Positions 49,198-58,744 of a DNA stretch of 64,000 nt are shown piece after piece (positions within the stretch are counted from its first letter, which is position 1; every line of letters starts with the position of its first letter). The notes beneath the pieces were generated by a model. That model was not told the origin of the DNA, searched no databases, and saw nothing but the letters and a program-made list of their open reading frames with translations. The stretch spans positions 6,453 to 70,452 of the forward strand of contig JASHNV010000058.1 of the NCBI GenBank assembly GCA_030041455.1, written 5' to 3'. The translations under genes were made by a program, and so were the position numbers. This DNA is from Spirochaetia bacterium (GTDB lineage Bacteria; Spirochaetota; Spirochaetia; DAHUYW01).

Positions 49198-50220
49198 ATG
49201 GAGAGCGTACGGATCCTGGCGGTCGCCCGGAGCCTATCCCGCCTGAAGCGACTTCGCTCGAGCGCGGCCGAGGAGGGCTTCGAGCTCCTCACGGCGCGCT
49301 CGGGGAGCGAAGCGCTCGCCATCGTGGAGACCGGGCAGATCGACCTGCTCCTCCTTGAGGACGCGCTTCCCGGCGCCCTCACGGTCGTCGCCGCGCATCG
49401 CGCGAAGCGCGGGAGCGAGCCGCATCAGATCGTCGCGCTCACGCCGGGGCTCGCCCGAGGCGGCTTTCGCGGGAACATCCCGTACGACGACTTCTTCGCC
49501 GCGTTCGCCTCGACGGGGGAGCGAAAGGCGAGGATCCGATCGGCGGTCGATCGCCTGCGCCGCCAGCGCGAGCTCGCGCGCGAGCGGGACCATTTTCGCG
49601 CCGCGATCCACGACGAGCGCGAGCAGTCCGCTCGACTCCTCGACCGGCACCTGCATCTCGTGAAGGCCTTCCGCGCCATGGAGGGCATCAACGAGGAGCT
49701 TGAGCGGAGCAACAAGCGCCTTGAGAAGATCGCCCGCTACGACATGCTCTCGGGACTGCTGAACCGGTCGAGCCTCTTCGCCGCGATGGACATCGAGATC
49801 GAGCGCGCGGTGAGAAACGGCGCCCCGCTCGGCGGATTCATGACCGATATCGACCATTTCAAGAGCATCAACGACAACTTCGGCCATCCGTACGGCGACG
49901 AGGTCATCCGCCAGATCGGCAATCGGTTGAAGCTCGCGATGAGGACCTACGACTCCGCCGGCAGGTACGGAGGCGAGGAGTTCTTCATCATTCTGCCGAA
50001 CACCACGATCGACCAGGCGCGCATGATCGCCGAGCGCTTTCGCGAGAGTCTCGACCGCGCTCCGGTGGTCCTCGGCGACGACACGGTGAAGGTGACCGCG
50101 TCGCTCGGCGTCGCCGAATACCGGGTAGGGGCGAATCGGGAGGAGTGGGTACGCTCCGCCGACCGCGCGATGTACAGCGCGAAGCAGGAGGGACGGAACC
50201 GGACCGTCGTCGAGGCCTAG
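49198..50220 (+). CDS. diguanylate cyclase with an N-terminal pseudo-receiver domain
   Basis: D.LSGLLNR, DIDHFKSINDNFGH..GD, RTYD I-site, RYGGEEF, ADRAMY.AK..GRN. Confidence 0.92.
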   Translation: MESVRILAVARSLSRLKRLRSSAAEEGFELLTARSGSEALAIVETGQIDLLLLEDALPGALTVVAAHRAKRGSEPHQIVALTPGLARGGFRGNIPYDDFFAAFASTGERKARIRSAVDRLRRQRELARERDHFRAAIHDEREQSARLLDRHLHLVKAFRAMEGINEELERSNKRLEKIARYDMLSGLLNRSSLFAAMDIEIERAVRNGAPLGGFMTDIDHFKSINDNFGHPYGDEVIRQIGNRLKLAMRTYDSAGRYGGEEFFIILPNTTIDQARMIAERFRESLDRAPVVLGDDTVKVTASLGVAEYRVGANREEWVRSADRAMYSAKQEGRNRTVVEA

Positions 50221-51671
50221 GCTTTGAGCGCGCGGCCCGCAGGCCGCGGCGGCTTCTCCGCGGGCAGTTGCGGATTCGGGAGCCTCATCGTGAAGGTGCT
50301 TCCGGAGCCCACCTCGCTCGTCACGAAAACCTCGCCCCGGTGGGAGAGGGTTATGTGCTTGACGATCGCGAGGCCGAGCCCCGTTCCCCCGAGATCGCGG
50401 CTTCGCGCCTTCTCCACGCGGTAGAAGCGCTCGAAGACCCGGGGCAGGTCCTTCTGCGGAATGCCGATGCCGTGGTCCGCGACGACGATCTCGACCGTCT
50501 CGGTCTCCCCGCCGGCCGAACAGCTTTCCGCCGAGACCCTCACGGTCGTGTTTTCGCCGCTGTACTTCACCGCGTTGTCGACGAGGTTGACGACGGCCTG
50601 CTCGATGAGGACCGGGTTCCCGACGAGCGTCAGGGACTCGTCGCAATCGACCTCGACGCGAACGGCGCGCTTCTCCGCCTTGTCCGAGCAGACTCCGACC
50701 GCGTCCATGAGGGTCTCGCGCACGTTGAAGCGGCTGAACTCGAGCGGCTCGCCGTCGGTCTGCTCGAGGCGCGAGAGACTGAGGAGGTCCTCGATGATGG
50801 CGTGAAGCCGCTCGGACTGCTTCGCGAGGATCCCGAGAAAGCGGCGGGCGGTCGGCGGATCGTCGATCGCGCCGTCGCGGAGCGTCTCGATGAAGCCCTT
50901 GATCGAGGTGACGGGGGTCATGAGCTCGTGGGAGACGTTGGCGACGAAGTCCCGCCTGATGCTCTCGAGGCTTCTCAGCTTCGTGACGTCGTTGAGCACG
51001 AGCACGACCCTGTCGACGTTGCTCTCGTCCGAGTCGCTCAAGTCGCGGCGGAGCACGGTTCCGTGCACCTGGAGGAAGCGCCTCTCCTTTCCCGCGAGCG
51101 TGATGCTCGCTTCCCGGGGCTGCCGGCTCGACAGGGTCTCCTGCGCGAAGTTGAAGAGGTCGGTGTTGCGGATCACCTCGAGGAGCGGCCGCCGCTTGGC
51201 CTCGGCCGGCGCCATCTCGGTGAGGCGCGACGCCGCGGGATTCACCTCGATGATCTCCATGTCGGTGTCGAGGACGATGACCGCCTCGACCATGCCGGAG
51301 AGGATCGCCTTCTGCTCGTTGCGCTGTCTCTCGAGGACCTCGAGGCGTTTCTTCAAGCTGTCCGCCATGAGCTCGAGCGCCCGAAAGAGCTCGCCGAACG
51401 CGTAGGCCTCTCCGATCGGCGGGGTGAAGTCGAGGTTCCCCGCGGCGAGCTTCTCCGCCATCTCGCGGAGCGTCTCGACCGGCCTCTGCTCGCGGAGCAG
51501 CAGCCGGTAGACGAGCGCGCCTGAGCCCGCGACGACCAGAGCCCAGAGCGCGGCGAAGAGGAGGCCGGAGGGGTGGGCTCCCCGGAGGAACAGGATCGCG
51601 AGGAGCCCGGTCAGCACCGCGTCGGAGGCGACGACCAGCAAGAGCGGAAGGAAGGCCCGGCGCAGGCGCAT
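50217..51671 (-). CDS. phoR: phosphate regulon sensor histidine kinase
   Basis: 2 TM, HAMP, PAS; DFVANVSHELMTP, NLVDNAVKY, D.GIGI, FERFYRV.KARSR..GGTGLGL. Confidence 0.9.
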   Translation of the reverse strand: MRLRRAFLPLLLVVASDAVLTGLLAILFLRGAHPSGLLFAALWALVVAGSGALVYRLLLREQRPVETLREMAEKLAAGNLDFTPPIGEAYAFGELFRALELMADSLKKRLEVLERQRNEQKAILSGMVEAVIVLDTDMEIIEVNPAASRLTEMAPAEAKRRPLLEVIRNTDLFNFAQETLSSRQPREASITLAGKERRFLQVHGTVLRRDLSDSDESNVDRVVLVLNDVTKLRSLESIRRDFVANVSHELMTPVTSIKGFIETLRDGAIDDPPTARRFLGILAKQSERLHAIIEDLLSLSRLEQTDGEPLEFSRFNVRETLMDAVGVCSDKAEKRAVRVEVDCDESLTLVGNPVLIEQAVVNLVDNAVKYSGENTTVRVSAESCSAGGETETVEIVVADHGIGIPQKDLPRVFERFYRVEKARSRDLGGTGLGLAIVKHITLSHRGEVFVTSEVGSGSTFTMRLPNPQLPAEKPPRPAGRALKA

Positions 51672-51684
51672 CGGTGTGCTCAGG

Positions 51685-52380
51685 CTACTCCTCCTGCATT
51701 CGGTATCCGATTCCCCGCACCGTCTCGATGTACCGTCCCTCTTTTCCGAGCTTCTTGCGGATCCCGAGAATCTGGACGTCCACCGAGCGCTCCGTCACGG
51801 GGTAGTCGGCTCCCTTCACCGCCGCGATGATCTGGTTGCGCGAGAAGACCCACCCGGGGTTCCGCGACAGGTACTCGAGGATGCCGAACTCCGAGACCGA
51901 GAGCGCGACCGGCTTCCCCGAGCAGGTGACCTCGTGGCGGGTGACGTCGATCTCGATCGCGTGGATGCGGATCCTCGATCGCTCCCCCGAGGACTCGGCG
52001 CGCTGCCTGCCCCGGCGGAGGACCGCCCGCACGCGCGCGATGAGGACCTTCGGGCTGAAGGGCTTCGCGATGTAGTCGTCGGCGCCGGTCTCAAGGCCCG
52101 CGATGATGTCGCTGTCCTCGGTTTTCGCCGTCACCATGAGAATCGGAGTCTCCCTCGTGCGGGCGTCCTGCTTGAGGCGGCGGCAGACGTCGAGCCCGTC
52201 GACGCCGGGAAGCATGAGGTCGAGCACGATCAAGTCGGGGCCCTTGGCGGCCGCCTCCCGCAGCGCCTCCTCGCCGGTCAGGGCTACGAGCGTCCGGTAG
52301 CCCTCCTTCTTGAGGTTGAAGTCGATGAGCTCGAGAATATCGCGCTCGTCGTCAACTATGAGAATCGTTTCCTTCGGCAT
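51685..52380 (-). CDS. phoB: phosphate regulon response regulator (OmpR family)
   Basis: IVDDE, LDLMLPG, GADDYIAKPFSP, RSVDVQI..IRKKL, IETVRGIGY. Confidence 0.9.
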   Translation of the reverse strand: MPKETILIVDDERDILELIDFNLKKEGYRTLVALTGEEALREAAAKGPDLIVLDLMLPGVDGLDVCRRLKQDARTRETPILMVTAKTEDSDIIAGLETGADDYIAKPFSPKVLIARVRAVLRRGRQRAESSGERSRIRIHAIEIDVTRHEVTCSGKPVALSVSEFGILEYLSRNPGWVFSRNQIIAAVKGADYPVTERSVDVQILGIRKKLGKEGRYIETVRGIGYRMQEE

Positions 52381-53065
52381 CGCTTTCTTCGCTGTAGTAT
52401 CCGATTCGGTTCAGCTCGACGTGGCGACCCGTGTTGCTGTAGACGATCCACTCGCTGATGTTCGTGACGTGGTCGCCGAGCCGCTCGAGAAAGCGGCTGA
52501 TGAACAGAAAGCTCGTCGACTGCTTCACGTAGCGGGAGTCGGCCTTCAGGTAGCCCCATATCTCGGTCATCACGTCGTGGTGGAGCTTGTCGAGGGAGGC
52601 GTCCATCTTCGCGGTCTCGATCGCGAGATCGGCGTCGCTGTTGATGAAGGCGGTAAGCACGTCGTGGATCATCTTGATCACGATCTCGCTCATCTTGGGG
52701 ATGTCGATGAGCGGCTTCATGTAGACTTCCTCGGAGAGCCTGATTGCCGCTTTCGCGATGTGCACGGCGTGATCGCCCATGCGCTCGAGCTGCGTGACGA
52801 TCTTCAGCGCGGTGATGATATGGCGCAGGTCGCTCGCCACCGGCTGCTCGGTGGCGATGAGGATCGTGCAGCGGTCCTCGATGTCGATCTCCTTCTGGTT
52901 GATCGCCTCGTCGTCGTCGACGATTTTCTTCGCGAGCTCGATATCCTGGTCGATGAGGCAGGAGATGGACTTGCCGATCGCCTCCTCGACGAGCGTGCCC
53001 ATCTTGAGTATCTCCTGATTCAACGCCTTGAGACTCTCGCTGAAGTGTATGCGCGGTACGGCCAC
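52352..53065 (-). CDS. phoU: phosphate signalling protein PhoU
   Basis: QPVASDLR, LERMGDHA, LERLGDH.TNI.E. Confidence 0.95.
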   Translation of the reverse strand: MAVPRIHFSESLKALNQEILKMGTLVEEAIGKSISCLIDQDIELAKKIVDDDEAINQKEIDIEDRCTILIATEQPVASDLRHIITALKIVTQLERMGDHAVHIAKAAIRLSEEVYMKPLIDIPKMSEIVIKMIHDVLTAFINSDADLAIETAKMDASLDKLHHDVMTEIWGYLKADSRYVKQSTSFLFISRFLERLGDHVTNISEWIVYSNTGRHVELNRIGYYSEESDAEGNDSHS

Positions 53066-53086
53066 TTTTCCCCCCCGTTACGGCTC

Positions 53087-53839
53087 TCAGCCGAACTTCC
53101 CGGAGATATACGCTTCGGTTCGCGGATTGGTCGGCTTAAAGAATATCTGCTGCGTCGAGCCGGTCTCCTCGACCACGCCGTCGAGGAAGAACGCGGTGTG
53201 GTCGGAGATGCGTCCGGCCTGCTGCATGTTGTGGGTGACGATGACGATGGTGTAGCGGTTTTTCATCTCGTAGATGAGGTCCTCGATGCGCGCGGTGGAG
53301 ATCGGGTCGAGCGCGGAGGTCGGCTCGTCCATCAGCACGACGTCCGGCTCGACCGCGAGGACCCTAGCGATGCACAGCCGCTGCTGCTGCCCGCCTGAGA
53401 TGCCGAGCGCCGGCTTGTTCAAGCGATCCTTGATCTCGTCCCAAAGCGCGGCCGCCCGAAGGCTCCTTTCGACGATCTCGTCGATTTCGCGCCGTCTCTT
53501 CACGCCGTGGATTCGCGGGCCGTAGGCGACGTTGTCGTAGACGGTCATCGGAAACGGGTTCGGCTTCTGGAAAACCATCCCCACCCGCCTTCGCAGCTCG
53601 ATCTCGTCGTAGCCGTTGTAGACGTTCTTTCCGTCGTAGAGGATGGTCCCCGTCGTGACGACCCCCTCGATGATGTCGTTCATGCGGTTGAGGGCGCGCA
53701 GGAACGTGGATTTCCCGCACCCGGAGGGGCCGATCAGCGCGGTCACCCGCTTCGACTCGATGTTGAGCGATATCGATTTGAGCGCGTGCATCGCGCCGTA
53801 GAAGACGTTCAAGTCCTGCACTTGAAGCTTATAGTCCAT
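53087..53839 (-). CDS. pstB: phosphate ABC transporter ATP-binding protein
   Basis: [59 protein letters not shown]. Confidence 0.97.
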   Translation of the reverse strand: MDYKLQVQDLNVFYGAMHALKSISLNIESKRVTALIGPSGCGKSTFLRALNRMNDIIEGVVTTGTILYDGKNVYNGYDEIELRRRVGMVFQKPNPFPMTVYDNVAYGPRIHGVKRRREIDEIVERSLRAAALWDEIKDRLNKPALGISGGQQQRLCIARVLAVEPDVVLMDEPTSALDPISTARIEDLIYEMKNRYTIVIVTHNMQQAGRISDHTAFFLDGVVEETGSTQQIFFKPTNPRTEAYISGKFG

Positions 53840-53870
53840 CGCAACTCCCGGAATCCCGCAGCAAGCCGTC

Positions 53871-53940
53871 ATTGTAACTGCCCCGAAGGTAGTTGGTAAA
53901 GTGTGACGCGGTTGTGAGCGGCAGATGAGTTTTCCGTTAA
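53871..53940 (-). promoter_or_regulatory. Pho-box array plus -10 element
   Basis: Minus-strand TTAAC/CTCAT/CTCAC/GTCAC at exact 11-bp spacing (53940, 53929, 53918, 53907), then TACAAT (53876-53871) upstream of pstB. Confidence 0.75.
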
Positions 53941-53963
53941 ACGGCTCCAGGGAGCGATCCCGG

Positions 53964-54773
53964 TCAGGCGCCCGAATACCGCGCCATTCTGCGGAACCAG
54001 CCGTAGAGCGCCTCGATGCGGTAGTCGAACGAGTCGCGGATCATCCCCTCCATGCCGAGATACGTCAGGACCTTGACCACGACGCAGCCGTAGAACAGGA
54101 GCGAGCCGCGATAGGGCATCACGACGAGCTGCAGCTGCATGTCTCCGGGCCGCACCACCGGAACGAGGAGGAGCTTCAGGAGCGTCTCGCTCGTCATCGA
54201 CATCGCGATCGTCCGCTCGGACGCCCGATAGCGGACCTCGGCGACGAAGGGCCCGAACGTCGAGTCGTCCTGGCGGATGTAGATCGTGCTGTCGGCGGGG
54301 GGATCGGCGACGAGCGGATCGGCGACCCGTCTGAGATCGTTCTCGCCCGCGACGACGTAGGAGTCGCGGAAGAGCACCCGCTTCCGGCCGAAGAGCGTCG
54401 AGTAGTAGCGGACGCCCTTGAGCGTGCTGATCGAGCGGAGCACGTTGTACCACGCGGTCAGCCGCGCGCGGTCGTTCCCGGGCGGTAGCGGCGCGATGAA
54501 GACCGTCTCCACGCCGATCGTGTAGGGAAGCGAGGTCATCGAGGCGAGAATGGCGCCGCTCAGGGGCGATTGCGGGAGGAGCCGGGGGGACTCGACGCTC
54601 GTGAAGAAGCGCGTGACGCTTCCCTCGCGCAGGAGCGTCGCGGAATCCGCATCGGACATGGCCGGAATGATCTGCTCGAGGTCGGAGGCGCTGAGCGCGC
54701 CTGCGGCGGGGATCCCGGCGGCGAGGAGGAGCGCGAAGATTGAACAAAGCCGATGCGTCGTGGTATGGTTCAT
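53964..54773 (-). CDS. DUF6675-like exported protein
   Basis: ATG at 54773; signal peptide; [17 protein letters not shown]...[24 protein letters not shown]. Confidence 0.7.
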   Translation of the reverse strand: MNHTTTHRLCSIFALLLAAGIPAAGALSASDLEQIIPAMSDADSATLLREGSVTRFFTSVESPRLLPQSPLSGAILASMTSLPYTIGVETVFIAPLPPGNDRARLTAWYNVLRSISTLKGVRYYSTLFGRKRVLFRDSYVVAGENDLRRVADPLVADPPADSTIYIRQDDSTFGPFVAEVRYRASERTIAMSMTSETLLKLLLVPVVRPGDMQLQLVVMPYRGSLLFYGCVVVKVLTYLGMEGMIRDSFDYRIEALYGWFRRMARYSGA

Positions 54774-54810
54774 CCTACTAAAGATAGCACCTTTCCGTTC
54801 AAGAGGCACA

Positions 54811-55920
54811 ATGCGCAAGGTCGTGCTGTTTACCGGCGGGGGTTCGGGCGGCCACGTTTTTCCCGGCGTGGCGGTGATCGAGAAGCTTCGCAGATCGGAT
54901 CCGTCGCTCGACATTCGCTGGATCGGCTCGCGCTCTCCGCTTGAACAGGACATCGTTCGCAGGTTCGCGATCCCCTTCTTGTCGATCCCGTCCGGGAAGC
55001 TCAGGCGGTACCTCTCGCCGCGGAACGTCGTCGACCTGTTCAAGATCGCCGCCGGCGTGGTGAAATCGCTCTCGATCCTCTCGCGGGTCAAGCCGCGGCT
55101 CCTGTTCTCGAAGGGCGGCTTCGTGAGCGTGCCTCCGGTCCTCGCCGCCCGGCTGCTCGGAGTGCCGGTCGTGAGCCACGAGTCCGACTTCGACCCGGGC
55201 CTCGCGACGCGCATCAACTCGCGCTTCTCCGCGGCGATCTGCGTCGCCTACGAGGAGACGAGGAGCTCCTTCCCCGAGGCGCTCCGGTCGCGGGTCGTGG
55301 TCACCGGCAATCCGGTCCGCTCCGAGATCTTCGCGGGAGACCGCGCTCACGGCCGCGCGCTTCTCGGCGTGCCCGACCGGATGCCGGTGGTCTTGGTTCT
55401 CGGCGGCAGCCAGGGCTCGCAGGAGGTGAACGGCCTCGCCGAGGAGGCCGCCGAGCTCCTGCGGGGGAGCGTCTTCGTGGCCCACCAGACCGGGCGCGCG
55501 GATTTCAGGCAGTCGCATCGGGAAAACTACGTGACGGCGGACTTCTTCGCCGACTCCTATCCCGACGTGCTCGCCGCCGCCGACGTCGTCGTCTGCAGGT
55601 CCGGCGCGGGCACGCTCTGGGAGCTCTCGGCGCTCGGCAAGCCGTCGGTCCTCATCCCGCTCGGCAGAGCCTCGTCGCGAGGCGACCAGCTCAGGAACGC
55701 CGATCACTACCGGCGGATCGGCGCGGCGGTCGTGCTCGAACCCGGGCGCGCCGGGGCGAAGGCGCTCGTCGAGGCGATCGCCTCCATGCTCGCCGATCCC
55801 GAGAGGCTTCGGTCGATGGGGCAGGCGGCCGCCTCGGTGATGCGCTCGGACGCCTCCGAGACGATCGCCGATCTCATCAGGGCGCGCATTGGAGCGGTCC
55901 ATGCCGATAACTCCGCTTGA
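54811..55920 (+). CDS. murG: MurG N-acetylglucosaminyl transferase
   Basis: TGGGSGGHVFPG, SGKLRRY, SKGGFVSVP, HESD..PGLA, TGNPVR, GGSQGS, DQ..NA. Confidence 0.97.
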   Translation: MRKVVLFTGGGSGGHVFPGVAVIEKLRRSDPSLDIRWIGSRSPLEQDIVRRFAIPFLSIPSGKLRRYLSPRNVVDLFKIAAGVVKSLSILSRVKPRLLFSKGGFVSVPPVLAARLLGVPVVSHESDFDPGLATRINSRFSAAICVAYEETRSSFPEALRSRVVVTGNPVRSEIFAGDRAHGRALLGVPDRMPVVLVLGGSQGSQEVNGLAEEAAELLRGSVFVAHQTGRADFRQSHRENYVTADFFADSYPDVLAAADVVVCRSGAGTLWELSALGKPSVLIPLGRASSRGDQLRNADHYRRIGAAVVLEPGRAGAKALVEAIASMLADPERLRSMGQAAASVMRSDASETIADLIRARIGAVHADNSA

Positions 55921-56392
55921 CCTGTTCTTCATCGCGCTCGTGGGCGTCGCGACGCTGCGCTGCACGGTCCGCGGCTTCGTCGCCGAGATCATGTCGGTCG
56001 CGGCGGTGGCGGTGGGAATCGGAGCGGGGCTGCTTCTCTCAGGCTCCGTCTCCGGGCTCATCGCGCGGCGCTTCGGCGACTCGCCGTGGAACGGAGTCAT
56101 CGCGTTTCTCGCGCTCTTCCTCGCGGGATACCTCGTCGTGAAGCTCCTCGCAGGCGCGATCAACCGCGCGATCGAGGCGGTCTCCCTCGGCAGCCTCGAC
56201 CGGGCGCTCGGCTTCTTTCTCGGTCTCGCCGAGGGGCTTCTCGCGGCGGCCGTCGTGGTATTCGTGCTCGAGATCCAGCCCTTTTTCAACGTCTCAGACG
56301 CGCTGAAAGCGAGCCGGTTCGCGACCGAGATGACTAGGCTCCTTCCTGCGGTGCCGTTCCTCCACGAACGGCCGGCCGACCCCCGTGTTTGA
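55901..56392 (+). CDS. cvpA: CvpA family membrane protein
   Basis: LDLF...RGFVAE, LDRALGFFLGLAEG. Confidence 0.9.
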   Translation: MPITPLDLFFIALVGVATLRCTVRGFVAEIMSVAAVAVGIGAGLLLSGSVSGLIARRFGDSPWNGVIAFLALFLAGYLVVKLLAGAINRAIEAVSLGSLDRALGFFLGLAEGLLAAAVVVFVLEIQPFFNVSDALKASRFATEMTRLLPAVPFLHERPADPRV

Positions 56393-57575
56393 GAACATCA
56401 TCGGCCAGGACCGGCTCGTCGAGCGGCTGCGCGGCGAGATCGCGGAAGGCGCGCTCCCGCGCGCGCTCCTTTTCCACGGCGAGGCGTACCGCGGCAAGAT
56501 GAGCGCGGCGCTCGAGCTCGCGAGGGCGCTCACGTGCCTCGAGCGCGACGCGCTCTGGAGCTGCCGGTGCAGGTCGTGCGAGATGCAGCGCCTCCTCGTC
56601 CACCCCTATACCCTGCTCCTCGGCTCCCGCTACTTTTCCGAGGAGATCGCGGCCGCCGCCGACGCGCTTTCGAGGACCCGCCGGGAGCCCGCGCAGTTCC
56701 TCTACGCGCGCTCGGTGCGAAAGCTCCTCCGCCGCTTCGACCCCGTGCTCTGGGAGCGGAACGAGGGCGAGCTCAAGGGGGTGCGGGGCGCGATCGAGGA
56801 GGCCGAAGACCTCCTCGCGGGGCTTCTGCCCGGGCGCCTCCTGCCGGGGGAGGGCGAGCTAAAGACGACGCTCGGCAGGTGCGCCGAGCTCTGCGAGAAG
56901 ATCGCCCGCGCGGTCTCAAGCGGCATCTCGATCGACCAGATTCGGCGAGCCACGTTCTGGGCGCGCTCGACGAGCGGGGGATCGAACAAGGTGATCATCC
57001 TCGAGGCGGTCGACCGAACGCTCGAAGGCGCGCGCAACGCGCTCCTGAAGGCGATCGAGGAGCCGCCCGAGGGCGCCTTCTTCGTGCTCGTCACCACGCG
57101 AAAGAGCGCGATCGCCCCGACGATCCTCTCGCGCCTGCGGGCCTACCATTTCCCCGCCCGGGGCGAAGCCGAGGAGCGCGGGGTCCTCGAAAAGATCTTT
57201 CGCGAGCCTGAGGGCTTCCGCGGAAGCCTCAAGGAGTACTTCCAGTCCCGCGGCGGTCCGAAGGCCGGCTCTCTCCGCGCCGCGGCGGCGAGCTTCCTCG
57301 GCTCCGTCCTCCGGACGGAGCCGGGATCGAGGCCCGACGAGGAGCTCCTCGCGGCGCTTTCGGGGCAGACGGAGCTCAGGGGCTTCCTCGAAGAGCTCAC
57401 CCTGGAGCTCCGCGGAGCGCTCGGCGGCGGGGCGGGAGCTCCCCCGGCCGGTCTCGGGAGAATCGAGCGCTGGGCGCGGCTCGTGAGGCAGGCGGCCGCC
57501 CAGGGCGAGTCCTACAATCAGAGCCCGAGTCTCCTCGTCGAGAGCCTGTACTACCGCATGAGGGAAGGGGCATGA
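56385..57575 (+). CDS. holB: DNA polymerase III delta'-like subunit
   Basis: FENIIGQ, LLFHG...GK, Zn motif C..C.C..C, NALLKAIEEPP, TILSR. Confidence 0.8.
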   Translation: MFENIIGQDRLVERLRGEIAEGALPRALLFHGEAYRGKMSAALELARALTCLERDALWSCRCRSCEMQRLLVHPYTLLLGSRYFSEEIAAAADALSRTRREPAQFLYARSVRKLLRRFDPVLWERNEGELKGVRGAIEEAEDLLAGLLPGRLLPGEGELKTTLGRCAELCEKIARAVSSGISIDQIRRATFWARSTSGGSNKVIILEAVDRTLEGARNALLKAIEEPPEGAFFVLVTTRKSAIAPTILSRLRAYHFPARGEAEERGVLEKIFREPEGFRGSLKEYFQSRGGPKAGSLRAAAASFLGSVLRTEPGSRPDEELLAALSGQTELRGFLEELTLELRGALGGGAGAPPAGLGRIERWARLVRQAAAQGESYNQSPSLLVESLYYRMREGA

Positions 57576-58744
57576 GAAAGTTCGTCCAGCGCGCGCTCGG
57601 CAAGCTGCAGAAGCTCGACCGGGAGCAGGTCTACTCGCTCGTCTCGCAGCTTGCAGGCGAGAACGAGCAGCTTGAGGTCGTGCTCGACTCGATGACCGAC
57701 GGGGTGGTGGTGCTCGACAAGCAGAACAGGGTCGTCCTGTACAACAAGGCGGCGCAGCGCCTGCTTCCGGTGGTGGGCGGGGAGATCGACGAGAAACCGG
57801 TCTGGACCGTCGTCCGCGACAACGAGGTCGCCGAGTTCCTGAAGAAGAGCCTCGAGAACGAGGACCGCGTCGAGGACAAGGAGTTCACGCTGGAGGCGGG
57901 CGGCGCGACCCGCATCATCTCCTGCGGCACCGCGCCCCTCGTGCAGGACGGGGAGATCCAAGGGACGCTCCTCCACGTTCAGGACCTCACGGAGAAGCGG
58001 GGCAAGGAGGCGCGCCTGAGGCGGGCCGAGAGCCTCGCCTCGCTCACCACGCTCGCCGCCGGGGTCGCACACGAGATCAAGAATCCCTTGGGCTCGATCG
58101 GCATTCACATCCAGCTCATCCAGCGGGCGCTGAAGGCCTCCGGCCGGCTCGACCGCAAGACCGTGGGCCACTATCTCGACATCGTCACCGAGGAGGTCGA
58201 CCGCTTGAACCGCATCGTGATCGACTTCCTGTTCGCCGTCAGGCCCATGGACGCCCGCTTGAAGGAAGGCGATCTGAATCACGTCGTCACCGACCTGCTC
58301 GAGTTCGTCCACTTCGAGCTCGAGGAGGCGCGCGTGAGCCTCGTGACCCGTCTCGAGGAGCTGCCGACCGTCGAGTTCGACGAGAAGTTCATCAAGCAGG
58401 CCTTCCTCAACATCATCAACAACGCCGTCGCCGCGATGCCGAACGGAGGAACCCTCACGGTGTCGAGCGCGCGTCGCGGGGAGTCCGTCGAGGTCGACAT
58501 CGCGGACACCGGCGTCGGGATCTCCGAGGAGAACATGACGAAGATCTTCGAGCCCTACTTCACGACCAAGGATTTCGGTTCTGGACTGGGTCTCACGGTC
58601 GTGTATAAGATCGTGAAGGAGCACGGCGGCGAGATCTCCCTGCGGTCGAAGGAGGGGGAGGGGACGACCTTCACGATAAGCCTGCCAATTCCCCAGAAGG
58701 AGCTTCGCCTTCTCGGCTGGAAAGGGAGAAAGCATGGAGTTTAG
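57572..58744 (+). CDS. cytoplasmic PAS histidine kinase (Hk2/AtoS-like)
   Basis: PAS (DGVVVLD...YNKAA), AHEIKNPL, NIINNA, DTGVGI, FEPYFTTK..GSGLGL. Confidence 0.92.
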   Translation: MRKFVQRALGKLQKLDREQVYSLVSQLAGENEQLEVVLDSMTDGVVVLDKQNRVVLYNKAAQRLLPVVGGEIDEKPVWTVVRDNEVAEFLKKSLENEDRVEDKEFTLEAGGATRIISCGTAPLVQDGEIQGTLLHVQDLTEKRGKEARLRRAESLASLTTLAAGVAHEIKNPLGSIGIHIQLIQRALKASGRLDRKTVGHYLDIVTEEVDRLNRIVIDFLFAVRPMDARLKEGDLNHVVTDLLEFVHFELEEARVSLVTRLEELPTVEFDEKFIKQAFLNIINNAVAAMPNGGTLTVSSARRGESVEVDIADTGVGISEENMTKIFEPYFTTKDFGSGLGLTVVYKIVKEHGGEISLRSKEGEGTTFTISLPIPQKELRLLGWKGRKHGV

